Assembly: GCA_034722055.1 (NCBI GenBank)
Contig: JAYENL010000067.1
Location: 1-45,716, forward strand
Length of the DNA: 45,716 nucleotides
Direction of reading: 5' to 3'
Source: Armatimonadota bacterium
GTDB taxonomy: Bacteria; Armatimonadota; Zipacnadia; Zipacnadales; UBA5352
Shown here: piece by piece, positions 31,355 through 40,948 of the stretch
Layout of the letters: each line of letters starts with the position of its first letter
Position numbering within the stretch: position 1 is the first letter of the stretch
The notes under the pieces: model-generated
What the model was told of the DNA's origin: nothing
The model's input: the letters and a program-made list of their open reading frames with translations, nothing else
Databases searched by the model: none
Program-made: the position numbers and the translations under genes

Positions 31355-31380
31355 GCGCGAGCAACCTGTGTTGCCCGCGC
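31355..31380 (-). terminator. Terminator after tRNA-Ala
   Basis: Minus strand GCGCGGGCAAC-ACAG-GTTGCTCGCGC followed by TCTTCGCTT. Confidence 0.6.
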
Positions 31381-31393
31381 CATAATCAAGCCA

Positions 31394-31468
31394 TGGTGGA
31401 GCAGGCGGGAGTCGAACCCGCGACCTTCTCCATGCCAAGGAGACGCGCTCCCACTGCGCCACTGCCCC
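31394..31468 (-). tRNA. tRNA-Ala(GGC)
   Basis: GGGGCAG...TCTCC-TTGGCAT-GGAGA...GGTTCGACTCC...CTGCTCCACCA; 75 nt, G3:U70 alanine determinant, encoded CCA. Confidence 0.97.
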
Positions 31469-31486
31469 ACTCCTCTTCACCACCTT

Positions 31487-31515
31487 ATGGTATCAGACCA
31501 CCGTCGCAGCGTCAA
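31487..31515 (-). promoter_or_regulatory. Sigma70 promoter of tRNA-Ala
   Basis: TTGACG (31515-31510), 17 bp, TACCAT (31492-31487) with extended TG. Confidence 0.75.
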
Positions 31516-31687
31516 GGTTCACGCCGGCGCGGCCGGCGGTTGCCTTCCGCCCCACGTCAGTGGCCAGGACCGGTCGGCCTCACCTGCTGCTGGGAAGGGA
31601 ACCCTCGACGGCACCGCGAAGTCCCGTGGGGCGGCCGGCGTCAGCGCCGGCCGCCAGGTCGTGAGCACATCGATTGGAGCGATCAGG

Positions 31688-32269
31688 ATGCGCATGAAGG
31701 TCGGAGTCGTCGGATCGGCGGGCGGCGAGCTCACCGACGAGGTGCGGGAGAAGGCGCGCCAGATGGGCCGGTGCCTGGCCAGGCACGACATCATCGTGGT
31801 CACCGGCTCCGCCCCGGGCCTGCCCCAGGAGGCGGTGTTGGGCGCCAAGGAGATCGGCGCGCTGGTCATCGGCATCTCCCCCGCGCACTCCCTCGACGAG
31901 CACCGCGACGTCTACGGCTCTCCGTGGAAAGAGTACGATGTGCTGATATTCACCGGCAGCGGCCTGATGGGCAGGGAGATCGAGATCATCCGCACCTGTG
32001 AGGCGGTGGTGGTCATCGGCGGCCGCTCCGGGACCCTCGGGGAGTTCGCCATCGCCTACGACGAGGCCCGACTGATCGGGGCGCTGACGGGCACGGGGGG
32101 CGTCGCCGATCATATCCCCGAGCTGCTGGAGGTCATCAACAAGCAGACAGGTGCGGCCATCGTCATGGACGACGACCCCGAGGAGCTGCTCAGCAAGATG
32201 ATGGCCCGCCACCGCGAGCGCGTCAGGCGCGGCCTCGCCTACCGCGGTCCGGTCATCCACGACGGCTGA
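31688..32269 (+). CDS. LOG/SLOG family Rossmann-fold nucleotide-binding protein (TIGR00725-like)
   Basis: MKVGVVGSA, VVTGSAPGLP, IGISP, FTGSGLMGR, GGRSGTLGEF, GTGGVAD. Confidence 0.85.
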   Translation: MRMKVGVVGSAGGELTDEVREKARQMGRCLARHDIIVVTGSAPGLPQEAVLGAKEIGALVIGISPAHSLDEHRDVYGSPWKEYDVLIFTGSGLMGREIEIIRTCEAVVVIGGRSGTLGEFAIAYDEARLIGALTGTGGVADHIPELLEVINKQTGAAIVMDDDPEELLSKMMARHRERVRRGLAYRGPVIHDG

Positions 32270-32334
32270 CGGTCCGGCGATGGGAGCGGGCCCCGCCGGT
32301 CGCCCGGCCACCTGCATCCTCCCTGCGGGAGGAC

Positions 32335-32850
32335 TCAGCCCTGCCAGCGCTCGGCCATCACGATGTCGTCCAGCGACAGGCGCTTCTTGGGGGGAGCCTC
32401 GGTCGCCGGGTAGCCGATGGGCAGCAGGCCGACCACGATCACCTCTTCTGGGATGCCCAGCAGCTCCTGCACCTTGTCGGCGTTGAAGGCGCCGATCCAG
32501 CAGGTTCCCAGCCCCTGCTCCACCGCCGCCAGGGTCATATGGGTCATGGCGATGGCGACATCGATGGGGAAGCAGTGCAGGCCGCAGGACATGACGTGCT
32601 CGCCGCTGATGGCGCATCCCACAATCACCACCGGGGCCTCGCCCACAAAGCGCTGGCCGTTGGCGGCCTCCGCCAGAGCCTCACGCATGCGCGGGTCGCG
32701 CACCACCACAAAGCGCCACTCCTGCAGGTTCCTGGCCGACGGCGCCAGCCGCGCCGCCTCCAGCACCGTCTCCAGCTTCCCCTCCTCGATCTCGTAGTGC
32801 TTGAACTTCCGGACGCTGAAGCGCTCTCGTATGGCCTCCATGACATCCAT
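32335..32850 (-). CDS. Nitroreductase family protein
   Basis: AIRERFSVRKF, ARLAPSARNLQEWRFVVV, GLGTCWIGAF, LPIGYP. Confidence 0.92.
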   Translation of the reverse strand: MDVMEAIRERFSVRKFKHYEIEEGKLETVLEAARLAPSARNLQEWRFVVVRDPRMREALAEAANGQRFVGEAPVVIVGCAISGEHVMSCGLHCFPIDVAIAMTHMTLAAVEQGLGTCWIGAFNADKVQELLGIPEEVIVVGLLPIGYPATEAPPKKRLSLDDIVMAERWQG

Positions 32851-32891
32851 GTGTGATCACCTTTGTCAAAGATAGAGGCGAAAGGCTGTAC

Positions 32892-33404
32892 CTACGTCAG
32901 CTCGCCGACCGGGGCCGCCGGGGCGAACTTGCCACCGAAGTTCATCAGCGTGGCCACCGGCTGCTCCGGCAGGTGGGCCGCGACCACCTCCCCCACGAAG
33001 ATGGTGTGATCCCCTGACGCGTAGGCCTCCCACAGGATGCATTCCAGGTTGATGGCCGCCTCCGCCAGCAGCGGCACGTTCGTCACCGCCGGCTCCGCGA
33101 CGGCGATGTCGAACTCCGCGAACTTGTCGATGTCGCGGCCTGAGGTGGAGCCGGTCTGCTCAACGAGCCGCGCCTGATCCTCGCCCGCCCAGGCGAAGAC
33201 GAACTCGCCGGTCTCCTCAATGCATCGGTGCGTGTAGCGCGTCAGCCCCACCGACACGCACACCAGCCGCGGCTCGCCCGAGCAGATCATCCCCCAGCCG
33301 GCCGGCATCACATTCGCCTTGCCCTCCCCATCACGGGCGACCACCAGTATCACCCACTCGGGGTACTTCTTCTCCATGGCCCTACCCTCACCGACCTGAT
33401 TGAT
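32892..33404 (-). CDS. Flavin reductase-like protein (DIM6/NTAB family)
   Basis: NVMPAGW, RYTHRCI, GSTSGRDIDKF, LEC, GDHTIFVGEV. First ATG is at 33377; an in-frame ATC at 33404 has the strong RBS. Confidence 0.88.
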   Translation of the reverse strand: MNQVGEGRAMEKKYPEWVILVVARDGEGKANVMPAGWGMICSGEPRLVCVSVGLTRYTHRCIEETGEFVFAWAGEDQARLVEQTGSTSGRDIDKFAEFDIAVAEPAVTNVPLLAEAAINLECILWEAYASGDHTIFVGEVVAAHLPEQPVATLMNFGGKFAPAAPVGELT

Positions 33405-33419
33405 GGCAGGCCCTCCTCT

Positions 33420-34235
33420 CTACTGCGGCCGCTCCCCGCCTGGGGCGGCCTCGATGCGGCTGCGGACGAGCTCCAGGTAGCGCGCGTAGTCCTCCTCCGG
33501 AGTGTCACTGCGCGGGGTCTCCAGCACCAGCCACTGATCGTAGCCAATCTCCTCGATCGCGCCGGCCACCTCGTCCCAGTCCACGTCCCCCTCGCCCAGC
33601 GGCGAGTTGACCTTATCCTCAGTCATATCCTTGATGTGGATCTGCTCCAGGACTCCGGCGTCCGAGAGCATCTCAAGCTCCACCGGCGTGTCCAGGCCGA
33701 TCCACACCGCGTTGCCCACGTCGTAGTAGACGCCGACGGCGTCGGAGGCGACGGCGTCTATGATCCGCAGCCACTGCCCGGCGTCCACGGTACCCTCCAG
33801 CGCCAGCGTCACACCCCGGCTCTCGGCCTTCGGGGCGCACGCCGCCACGCCGTCGATGGCCCGCTGCACGTCGGTCTCGTCCTCGATCATCTGGTCGCCG
33901 AAGAAGGCGGTCAGGATGCGCTCGATGCCCGCCTCGGCGCACATGTCGATGAGGTGCAGCATCACCTCCGCGGCCTCCCCGCGCACCTCCGGGTCGTCAT
34001 CGGTGAAGCCGCGGCGGTTGTAGCGGCCGCCGATCAGCGATGGCATCGCCAGCCCGTAGCGCTCGCTGAGTCGCCGAAGCCGGCCGACTCCCTCCGGCGT
34101 CCAGATCAGCTCCTCCTCACACTCCAGGCGGTTGAAGGGGATCTCCAGCCCGTCGAAGCCGATCTTGCTGGCCATCCGAAAGGCGTCCTCGATGTCATCG
34201 CCGAACCTGCCGGCGGCGACGATTCCGTAGTTCAT
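33420..34235 (-). CDS. Sugar phosphate isomerase/epimerase (xylose isomerase-like TIM barrel)
   Basis: GFDGLEI, GVTLALE, YYDVGN, IHIKD, LGEGDVDW, GYDQWLVLE; GGAGG RBS. Confidence 0.9.
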   Translation of the reverse strand: MNYGIVAAGRFGDDIEDAFRMASKIGFDGLEIPFNRLECEEELIWTPEGVGRLRRLSERYGLAMPSLIGGRYNRRGFTDDDPEVRGEAAEVMLHLIDMCAEAGIERILTAFFGDQMIEDETDVQRAIDGVAACAPKAESRGVTLALEGTVDAGQWLRIIDAVASDAVGVYYDVGNAVWIGLDTPVELEMLSDAGVLEQIHIKDMTEDKVNSPLGEGDVDWDEVAGAIEEIGYDQWLVLETPRSDTPEEDYARYLELVRSRIEAAPGGERPQ

Positions 34236-34483
34236 CAGGCCGTCCTCCCTGCTGCGGGATCACGCCTCGGAAGGACCTTCTCTGCGGCGGCCGACACTCC
34301 TTCCGCCGTCCACCAGCCCACAAAAAGGACTCTTCGCGCCTGTGCCGAAGGAGTTCCGGCGACGGATGTACGGGCGTCTGGGGGCGCCCGGCCCTCGGGG
34401 GAGTCTTGCTGGCCTTGCCGATGAGGTCGCGCACGGTCGCCGCTTCTGCACGCTGTGCTTTCTGGAGCCCGGGTGGGTGCAAT

Positions 34484-36193
34484 GTGACGGAGATCAACTG
34501 GTTCGAGATCGTCACCGGGACGCTGGGTGGCGTCGCGCTCCTGATGTACGGCATTCGCATCATGGGCGATGGTCTGGAGAGCGCCGCCGGGGACGCCATG
34601 CGCAGAATCCTGGCCGCGCTCACCCGCAACGCCTGGCTGGGCTGCGTGGTGGGGGCGGTTGTGACCGGGATCGTGCAGAGCAGCAGCGCCATCACGGTCA
34701 TGACGGTCGGGTTCGTCAACGCTCAGCTCATGACGTTCCGCCAGGCGCTGGGCGTCATCTACGGCGCCAACATCGGCACCACGGTCACCGGCCAGATCAT
34801 GGCCTTCCAGATCACACAGGTGGCGCTGCCGGCCATCGCCGTGGGCTTCGCCATGCAGTTCTTCGCAAAGCGGCGCTTCGTGAAGGACCTGGGCCAGGGC
34901 ATCCTGGGCTTCGGCCTTCTCTTCCTGGGCCTGATGCTGCTCAAGGACTCCGTGGAGAGCCTCAAGCAGAGTGAGCTGGCCGTCAGCCTCTTCACGGACT
35001 TCAGCCACAATCTGGTGCTGGCGGTCGTGGCCGGTACCGTTGTGACGATCTGCATCCAGTCGAGCTCCGCCTCACTGGGCATCGCCATGGCGCTGGCGGC
35101 CCACGACCTCATCACGCTGGAGGCCGCCATCGCCCTGATGCTGGGCGACAACATCGGCACCTGCATCACCGCACAGGTCGCCTCCATCGGCACACATCCG
35201 ACGGCGCGGCGTACCGCCTGGGCGCACACGATCCACAATGTCGTCGGCGTGCTCCTGGCGCTGATTCTGCTCAAGTGGTTCACCCCGGCGGTGCTGGCGC
35301 TGTCGCCTTCCACGGCGGGGCTGAAGGTAGGCTCGAGCGCCTACCAGGCGGCCCTGCAGCGGCAGGTTGCCAACTCCCACACGCTGTTCAATGTGCTGGA
35401 CGCGCTCCTGTTCCTGATCTTCAACAACTGGTTCGCGTCCGTGCTTGAGCGCTGGATCCCCGAGCCGCCACGCCGGGTGGTGACGGAGGCCGCGCATATC
35501 GATCGCCGGCTGCTTGAGACGCCGGCCGCCGCCGCCGGCGCCACGCTCCAGGAGCTGGCCCGCATGGCCCGCATCTGCCGACATCTCGTCGAGGGGTCCA
35601 CGGAGGCGGTGCTGCGGCCCCCGGAGGTGGACACCGAGCCATTGTGGGCGGAGGACCAGGCCATCGACCACCTCCAGGACTCCATCACCGAGTACCTCGT
35701 CGAGCTGGTGGAACGCGACATCCCGGACTACGTCTCCGAGCAGGTCCCGGCCATGCTGCACGTGGCACACGACCTCGAGCGCGTCGGCGATCACTGCAAG
35801 AACCTCCTGGAGCTGGCGGAGCAGCGCGCGGCGCAGGACATGCCCTGGTCACCGGCGGCCGACGAGGCCGTAAGGGAAATGGCGGAGCTTGTCGATGAGA
35901 TGCTGGCGTCGGCCGCTCTGGCGCTCACCGGAGCGGACGGCGCCCTCCCTGAGCGAATCCTGGAGCTGGAGACGGTCGTGGACAGACGCACGCACGAGGG
36001 CCGCATGGCTCACCTGGAGCGCTCGCGCCAGGGCGAGTGCCTCATGCTCCCGGGCGTCCTCTTCCTCGACGCGCTGATGAACTACGAGAAGATCGGCGAC
36101 CACGCCAGGAACGTCGCTCGCGCCCTGGAGGGCGGGCTGATGGAGGCCGGCGCCAGGCTGCCCTACACGGAGGGAGCCGCGTCCGCCGAGTGA
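34484..36193 (+). CDS. Na/Pi cotransporter family protein with C-terminal PhoU-like domains
   Basis: Two QSSS repeats (VQSSSA, IQSSSA), GANIGT, GDNIGT, ANSHTLFN, DLERVGDH, EKIGDH. Confidence 0.92.
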   Translation: MTEINWFEIVTGTLGGVALLMYGIRIMGDGLESAAGDAMRRILAALTRNAWLGCVVGAVVTGIVQSSSAITVMTVGFVNAQLMTFRQALGVIYGANIGTTVTGQIMAFQITQVALPAIAVGFAMQFFAKRRFVKDLGQGILGFGLLFLGLMLLKDSVESLKQSELAVSLFTDFSHNLVLAVVAGTVVTICIQSSSASLGIAMALAAHDLITLEAAIALMLGDNIGTCITAQVASIGTHPTARRTAWAHTIHNVVGVLLALILLKWFTPAVLALSPSTAGLKVGSSAYQAALQRQVANSHTLFNVLDALLFLIFNNWFASVLERWIPEPPRRVVTEAAHIDRRLLETPAAAAGATLQELARMARICRHLVEGSTEAVLRPPEVDTEPLWAEDQAIDHLQDSITEYLVELVERDIPDYVSEQVPAMLHVAHDLERVGDHCKNLLELAEQRAAQDMPWSPAADEAVREMAELVDEMLASAALALTGADGALPERILELETVVDRRTHEGRMAHLERSRQGECLMLPGVLFLDALMNYEKIGDHARNVARALEGGLMEAGARLPYTEGAASAE

Positions 36194-36996
36194 CCCCCGC
36201 GGCCACCGCCCTCCGAGCGGATGCCCAGCGTCTCCGCGAGGTAACGCCTGTTGATGGTGCAGGATCGGACCGGATCGAGATCGGTGTAGTCCAGGTCCAC
36301 CACGATCCAGCCCGAGAAGTCGCCCTGGCGCAGGACCTCCCAGCAGTGCGGGAAGTCCACCACGCCGGTGCCGAGCTCGGTGAAGCGTCGGTCCTCGCCG
36401 AGGTCCTTGAAGTGCACGTAGACGGTGCGATCGCGGTGCCGGCGGATGGTCTCCGGGACGTCAAAGTCCCCCAGCGTGAGCTGCGCAGTGTCGGGGGTGA
36501 ACTTCACCAGCTCCGGGTCGGTCAGCTCCATCAGCCGCTCGAAGGGCTGCTCGTACTCGAAGATAGAGCCCCAGTGCTGGTGCCAGGAGCAGACCAGGCC
36601 GTGCCGCCGGCAGAGCCGGCCCATGGCGTCGGCGCCCTCCGCCGCGCGGCGGATCTGGTCATCCCCTCCGCCCCCGTCCTTGCGGCCGCCGTCGATGAGC
36701 ATCAGGTGGCAGTCCGCAGCCTGGCAGAACCGCGCGACCCGCTCGCCCTCCTCCAGCCACCGCTGGACCTCCTCGTCGGAGGTGAAGCCGCAGGTGTAGT
36801 AGAGGCCCGAGAGCACGAGCCCGGCGTCCTGCAGCAGAGCGCGGATCTCATCGGGGCGGTCGAACCACGGCTCGAAGACCCGCGCGGAGTACTCCAGCCC
36901 GTCCCAGCCCTGCTCGCACACCGGCGGCAGCGCTGCCAGGAGCTTCTCGAGGCCCTCGCCTGGAAAGGTGGCGGGGTGGTAGCCGAGTCTGATCAT
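36163..36996 (-). CDS. Sugar phosphate isomerase/epimerase (IolE/inosose dehydratase-like)
   Basis: GWDGLE, WHQHWGS, PDTAQL, YVHFKD, FTELGTGVVDF, FSGWIVVDLD; GAGGTG RBS. Confidence 0.85.
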   Translation of the reverse strand: MIRLGYHPATFPGEGLEKLLAALPPVCEQGWDGLEYSARVFEPWFDRPDEIRALLQDAGLVLSGLYYTCGFTSDEEVQRWLEEGERVARFCQAADCHLMLIDGGRKDGGGGDDQIRRAAEGADAMGRLCRRHGLVCSWHQHWGSIFEYEQPFERLMELTDPELVKFTPDTAQLTLGDFDVPETIRRHRDRTVYVHFKDLGEDRRFTELGTGVVDFPHCWEVLRQGDFSGWIVVDLDYTDLDPVRSCTINRRYLAETLGIRSEGGGRGGHSADAAPSV

Positions 36997-37042
36997 TGCT
37001 GCACCTCATGCTGCGAGCGTTGGCGTGGCGACGGTCCCGAGA

Positions 37043-37621
37043 TCAGTCGCCCTCGCTGAAGACCTGGCAGGTGAAGACGTGCAGCTCCGCGCCCCTCCGC
37101 CAGGCGTCGGCGGGGAGCCCCGCCTTGTGGGCGCACAGGTACTGGAGCATGGTGTCGCGGTCCCAGCCCTGCTCCGGCGCCACCTGCGGCAGAAAGACTC
37201 CGCGGCGCGCCCCGTCGGCCACCATCACCCCGTGCTTGCCCACCACGATCTCGTCGGCGCTATCCACCTTACGCAGCGGCGAGAGCACGCTGATCTCGAT
37301 CTCCAGCTCGTCCAGCTCCTGTGGCGTGACCGGCGGGAAGCGCGGGTCCTGCGTGGCGGCCGAGACCGCCGATGACTGCACAGCGGCCGCCAGCGGCTCA
37401 CGCGGCTCCAGGGAGCCGATGCAGCCGCGGAGCTGGCCGTGCTTGTGAAGGGTCACGAAGACCGCCCGCGGCTGCTCCAAGGCCGGATCGTCGGCCGGCA
37501 GATCCGGCAGGACGTCCTCGGTGACATAGCGCTCAATCGTCTCGCGCGCCAGGTCCAGAAGCATCTGCTGCTGCTGCTCGTCGAGCTCCTCCTGTGCGGT
37601 CTGGTTGGCCATCTCTACCAT
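37043..37621 (-). CDS. amrA: AMMECR1-domain protein (AmmeMemoRadiSam system protein A)
   Basis: FVTLHKHGQLRGCIG, DPRFPPV, IEISVLSP, GKHG, FLPQVAPEQGWD, LCAHKAGL. Confidence 0.92.
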   Translation of the reverse strand: MVEMANQTAQEELDEQQQQMLLDLARETIERYVTEDVLPDLPADDPALEQPRAVFVTLHKHGQLRGCIGSLEPREPLAAAVQSSAVSAATQDPRFPPVTPQELDELEIEISVLSPLRKVDSADEIVVGKHGVMVADGARRGVFLPQVAPEQGWDRDTMLQYLCAHKAGLPADAWRRGAELHVFTCQVFSEGD

Positions 37622-37694
37622 CTACCCCTCTCTCCCCTCCGAATGCCCTCTTCCCTCTGAGGTCTTCGCTGCCGGCGCCGGGCCGGCCTCCCGC

Positions 37695-39524
37695 CTATCC
37701 GCCCGACTCTGCGCGCTCGCAGCCCCGGACGAACACCAACAGCGCATTGGAGACGCGCCGCGGCACTCCATCGGTGGGCCGGTTGAGCAGCTTGCCGCCC
37801 GCGACGAAGCTGGTGGAGCCGCCGCCATCGACGTTCATGGCCTGCCAGGCCCCGAGCTTGATCATGGTGCTGGCCAGCTCCTGCAGCGTCATCCCGGTAC
37901 CCGCCGTCTCGCCGGCTCCCTGCGCGGCCACCAGCAGCAGGCGCCCCTGCTTCGTGACGCCTACCGCCGTGCGTGAGGGGGCGGTGGCGTGAACGTCCGA
38001 GCGGAAGCCCTCCGGCGCGGCCGTGACATGAGTGCGACCGTCCTTCACCAGCCGGGGGCCGCCGCCGATGGCGTGGCGAAGCGGCGGCCACTGCGGCGAG
38101 GTGCCCAGCCGCGCCTCCACCTCGGTGCCCAGCTCCACGACGTCCAGGCTGCGGGCCATGCGCCCGTTGCCGGAGAGCACGAAGCCGCCGTCGGGGATCC
38201 GCACGATGCGCCCGTCCGTCTCCTTGTGAGCGACGACGCCCGCAGCGTCCACGACCAGGCGGGTGCACTGCCGCGCGCCGACCACGAACTGTCCCCAGCG
38301 CCGGGTGTACATGGTAAGCGTATCCATCTCGTCCGGACCGTGGTTGATCCCGTGCAGCCGCTGCGTCCCCAGGCCCGAGAAGGCGACCTGCGCCGCGAAC
38401 TCCAGCCGGTCCATCAGCACCCGCCCGTCCTCAGTGATGCCCAGGACGGTGCGTCCACCCCAGGGCTCCCGTATCCACTCGCCGTCGATGACCAGCATCC
38501 CCAGGGGCTGGCCGCTGCGGGCGAAGAAGCCGCCGTTGATGCCACCGTAGGCGCCCGTCGAGGCCACCATGCGCGTGACGGTGGCGCGCTCGTGCACGGT
38601 GGCCGACGCCAGCGCGGGCCGCACGTCGATCCGCTCGGACCGCGGGTCCACCTCCAGGACGAAGACGCGCACCGGGCCCCTGGCGGTGCAGAAGTTGCGA
38701 GTGTGCAGGACCCCGGCCGCCCCCGGCAGCGGCGGCAGCATGGGCGGCCCCGGCTCGGGGGCGATATCCTCGGGGTCGCGGAAGAGGTCCACCACCACGC
38801 GGGGCGGCTCGGCGAGGCTGAAGATGCGCGGCGGACGCGACGACCCGTGCACGATCTCCACCCGGATGGTCTCGCCGGTCGTCGGCCCCTGACGCAGCTC
38901 GGAGATCAGGGGATCATCGAAGCGCAGCAACTGCACCGAGCGACTCCATGCGCCTCCCTCATCGGGGGCGGGAAGATCGATGAGCAGCCGACCCGGCTCC
39001 TGCCACCAGGTGAACGCCGTGGGGCGGCTGACCTCGAGGACCAGGCGAGCCTTCTCCCGGTGCACCCCCTCGCGCACCTCGGTCAGCTCCACGCCGGGGC
39101 CGCGGAGCGTCCACACGGTCACCTCGTTCTCGCCGCGCATCCGAGCATCGACGCCGAAGGCCCGGCGCACCATCGCCAGCGGGATCCACAGCTCCCCGTC
39201 GGTCACCACCGGGCAGCTCTTCGCCCGGCGCAGCTTCCCGGCGACGGTGTAGGCCTTGACCTCGGGGCGCACCAGCACGGTGACGCCGAAGCCCCGGACG
39301 GTCCACGGCCCGTCGCCCTCAGGCTCGGTGACAGTGAGGCCCAGACCCCGCTGCAGGGCCTCCGCCGACAGGAGCAGTGCGCCCGCCTCATCGCACTTCG
39401 CCAGGCCCGCCTCCAGCGGGATGCCGTTGGCGAGCACCATGCACTGCTCTGCGGCTGCGGGCCAGCCGCAGAGCGTGAGACACAGTGCTGCGATGAGTGC
39501 CGGTGTCATGCGTCGGATTCTCAT
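37695..39524 (-). CDS. Secreted phosphodiester glycosidase (NAGPA) family protein with N-terminal stalk/AMIN-like domains
   Basis: Signal peptide; INGGFF, PLGMLVIDG, AIGGGPRLV, RTAVG, AMNVDGGGST, RRVSNAL; AMIN-like FSLAEPPRVVVD. Confidence 0.85.
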   Translation of the reverse strand: MRIRRMTPALIAALCLTLCGWPAAAEQCMVLANGIPLEAGLAKCDEAGALLLSAEALQRGLGLTVTEPEGDGPWTVRGFGVTVLVRPEVKAYTVAGKLRRAKSCPVVTDGELWIPLAMVRRAFGVDARMRGENEVTVWTLRGPGVELTEVREGVHREKARLVLEVSRPTAFTWWQEPGRLLIDLPAPDEGGAWSRSVQLLRFDDPLISELRQGPTTGETIRVEIVHGSSRPPRIFSLAEPPRVVVDLFRDPEDIAPEPGPPMLPPLPGAAGVLHTRNFCTARGPVRVFVLEVDPRSERIDVRPALASATVHERATVTRMVASTGAYGGINGGFFARSGQPLGMLVIDGEWIREPWGGRTVLGITEDGRVLMDRLEFAAQVAFSGLGTQRLHGINHGPDEMDTLTMYTRRWGQFVVGARQCTRLVVDAAGVVAHKETDGRIVRIPDGGFVLSGNGRMARSLDVVELGTEVEARLGTSPQWPPLRHAIGGGPRLVKDGRTHVTAAPEGFRSDVHATAPSRTAVGVTKQGRLLLVAAQGAGETAGTGMTLQELASTMIKLGAWQAMNVDGGGSTSFVAGGKLLNRPTDGVPRRVSNALLVFVRGCERAESGG

Positions 39525-39541
39525 GTCTGGCCCGTGATGGC

Positions 39542-40858
39542 TCAATTGAGCCCCCGCGGCCGGCGGGTGCCCGCGAAGCGCCCCTCGGCGTAGATGACGC
39601 GCCCGTCGATGATCAGGGTCTCCACCCGGCCGGGAAGCTCGCGACCGGCGAAGGGAGTATTGCGCCCCTTGGTCTCGAAGCGCTCGGGGGCGACGGTCCA
39701 CCGCTCGTCGGGGGCGAAGATCAGCAGGTCCGCGGGCGCCCCCACCTCGATCCGCCCCCCAGGCAGGTCCAGCACCCGTGCGGGACTGCAGGTGAGCGTC
39801 GCCAGCGCCTCAGCCAGGCTCATCCCTGCCTCACCCACGAGGACATCGACGACCACCGACAGCCCGGTCTCAAGCCCCACGATCCCGAAGGGCGCCTCGA
39901 CCAGCCCGGCGGACTTCTCCTTCGGCGTGTGAGGTGCGTGGTCGGTCGCCACCACCTCCACCACGCCCCCGCGGACGGCCTCGATCAGCGCCAGGCGGTC
40001 CTCCTCCGTGCGCAGCGGCGGGTTCATCTTGGCGTTCGCCCCCTGCTCAGCGATGGCCTGGTGGGTGAGGGCGAGGTAGTGCGGCGCGGTCTCCGCCGTT
40101 GGCCCGTCCTTCCAGTCTCGGAGCAGCCTCGCTCCGGCGGCGGTGGACAGATGCGCGATGTGCAGGGGCGGCGCGCCGGGCTCGTCCCACGCCTCCCGCC
40201 AGGCCTCCAGCGCGCGGACCTCCGCCTCTGCGTCCTGCCCCGGCACCGCAAGCTCGCGCGACAGCGCGCTCTCGTGCATCACGCCACCCGCGGACAGCTC
40301 CTCAGCCTCCGCGTGGGCGATGAAGATCAGTCCCGCCTCCGCGCAGCGCAGGAGCGCCTCGCGCCGCTGCGCGAGGGCGGTGAGCATGAAGGCGTCGTCA
40401 CTGACCGCCACGCAGCCGGCATCGCGCAGCTCCGCGAAGTCGGTAAGCCGCTCGCGGTCATTCTCCCGCGTCGCGGCCCCGATAATCCCCACCCGGCACC
40501 ACGCGGAGCGCCGGATCCGCCGGTGCACCTCCGCCACCCGCGCGGCTCGGTCCGGCGGGGGTTGCGTGTTGGGCATGGCGCAGACCGTCGCGAAGCCCCC
40601 CCGCACGGCCGCCCGCGTGCCCGTGTCGATAGTCTCCTTGTGCTCCCCGCCCGGCTCTCGCAGATGAGCGTGCAGATCGATCAGCGCCGGACAGACGACC
40701 ATCCCGGAGGCGTCGATGACCACGTCCGGCGGCGGACCGCCGGCGCCCACCGAGGCGATCCGTTTCCCCCTCAGCGTGATGTCACGGCGCTCGTCGATCC
40801 CGCTGACGGGACAGATCACGCGCCCGCCACGGATTACGGTCGCGCGTTCGACGCTCAT
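39542..40858 (-). CDS. pyrC: Dihydroorotase (type I)
   Basis: DLHAHLREPG, AMPNTQP, SDD, HIAHLST, ETAPHYL, KMNPPLR, ATDHAPH, PFGIVGLET, RNTPF. Confidence 0.93.
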   Translation of the reverse strand: MSVERATVIRGGRVICPVSGIDERRDITLRGKRIASVGAGGPPPDVVIDASGMVVCPALIDLHAHLREPGGEHKETIDTGTRAAVRGGFATVCAMPNTQPPPDRAARVAEVHRRIRRSAWCRVGIIGAATRENDRERLTDFAELRDAGCVAVSDDAFMLTALAQRREALLRCAEAGLIFIAHAEAEELSAGGVMHESALSRELAVPGQDAEAEVRALEAWREAWDEPGAPPLHIAHLSTAAGARLLRDWKDGPTAETAPHYLALTHQAIAEQGANAKMNPPLRTEEDRLALIEAVRGGVVEVVATDHAPHTPKEKSAGLVEAPFGIVGLETGLSVVVDVLVGEAGMSLAEALATLTCSPARVLDLPGGRIEVGAPADLLIFAPDERWTVAPERFETKGRNTPFAGRELPGRVETLIIDGRVIYAEGRFAGTRRPRGLN

Positions 40859-40881
40859 AGCGGCTCCACCAAGCCTGCCCG

Positions 40882-40923
40882 AAAACGCAGAAGACCCTCC
40901 GTGCGCTGCGGGGGGCCTTCTGT
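40882..40923 (-). terminator. Intrinsic terminator between the PKD gene and pyrC
   Basis: Minus strand ACAGAAGGCCCCCCG-CAGCGCA-CGGAGGGTCTTCTGC followed by GTTTT. Confidence 0.65.
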
Positions 40924-40948
40924 GGCAATCACCATGTGACGGCCGAGG

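Noticed and set aside
31394..31468. tRNA as the attachment site of an integrated element
   Set aside because: No integrase, no duplicated tRNA 3' end seen, and no compositional shift.
29921..31687. N-terminal 589 codons of the 782-aa ORF as a fusion to the LOG domain
   Set aside because: It runs antisense through a pilT paralogue and the tRNA; the real gene starts at 31688 with its own RBS.
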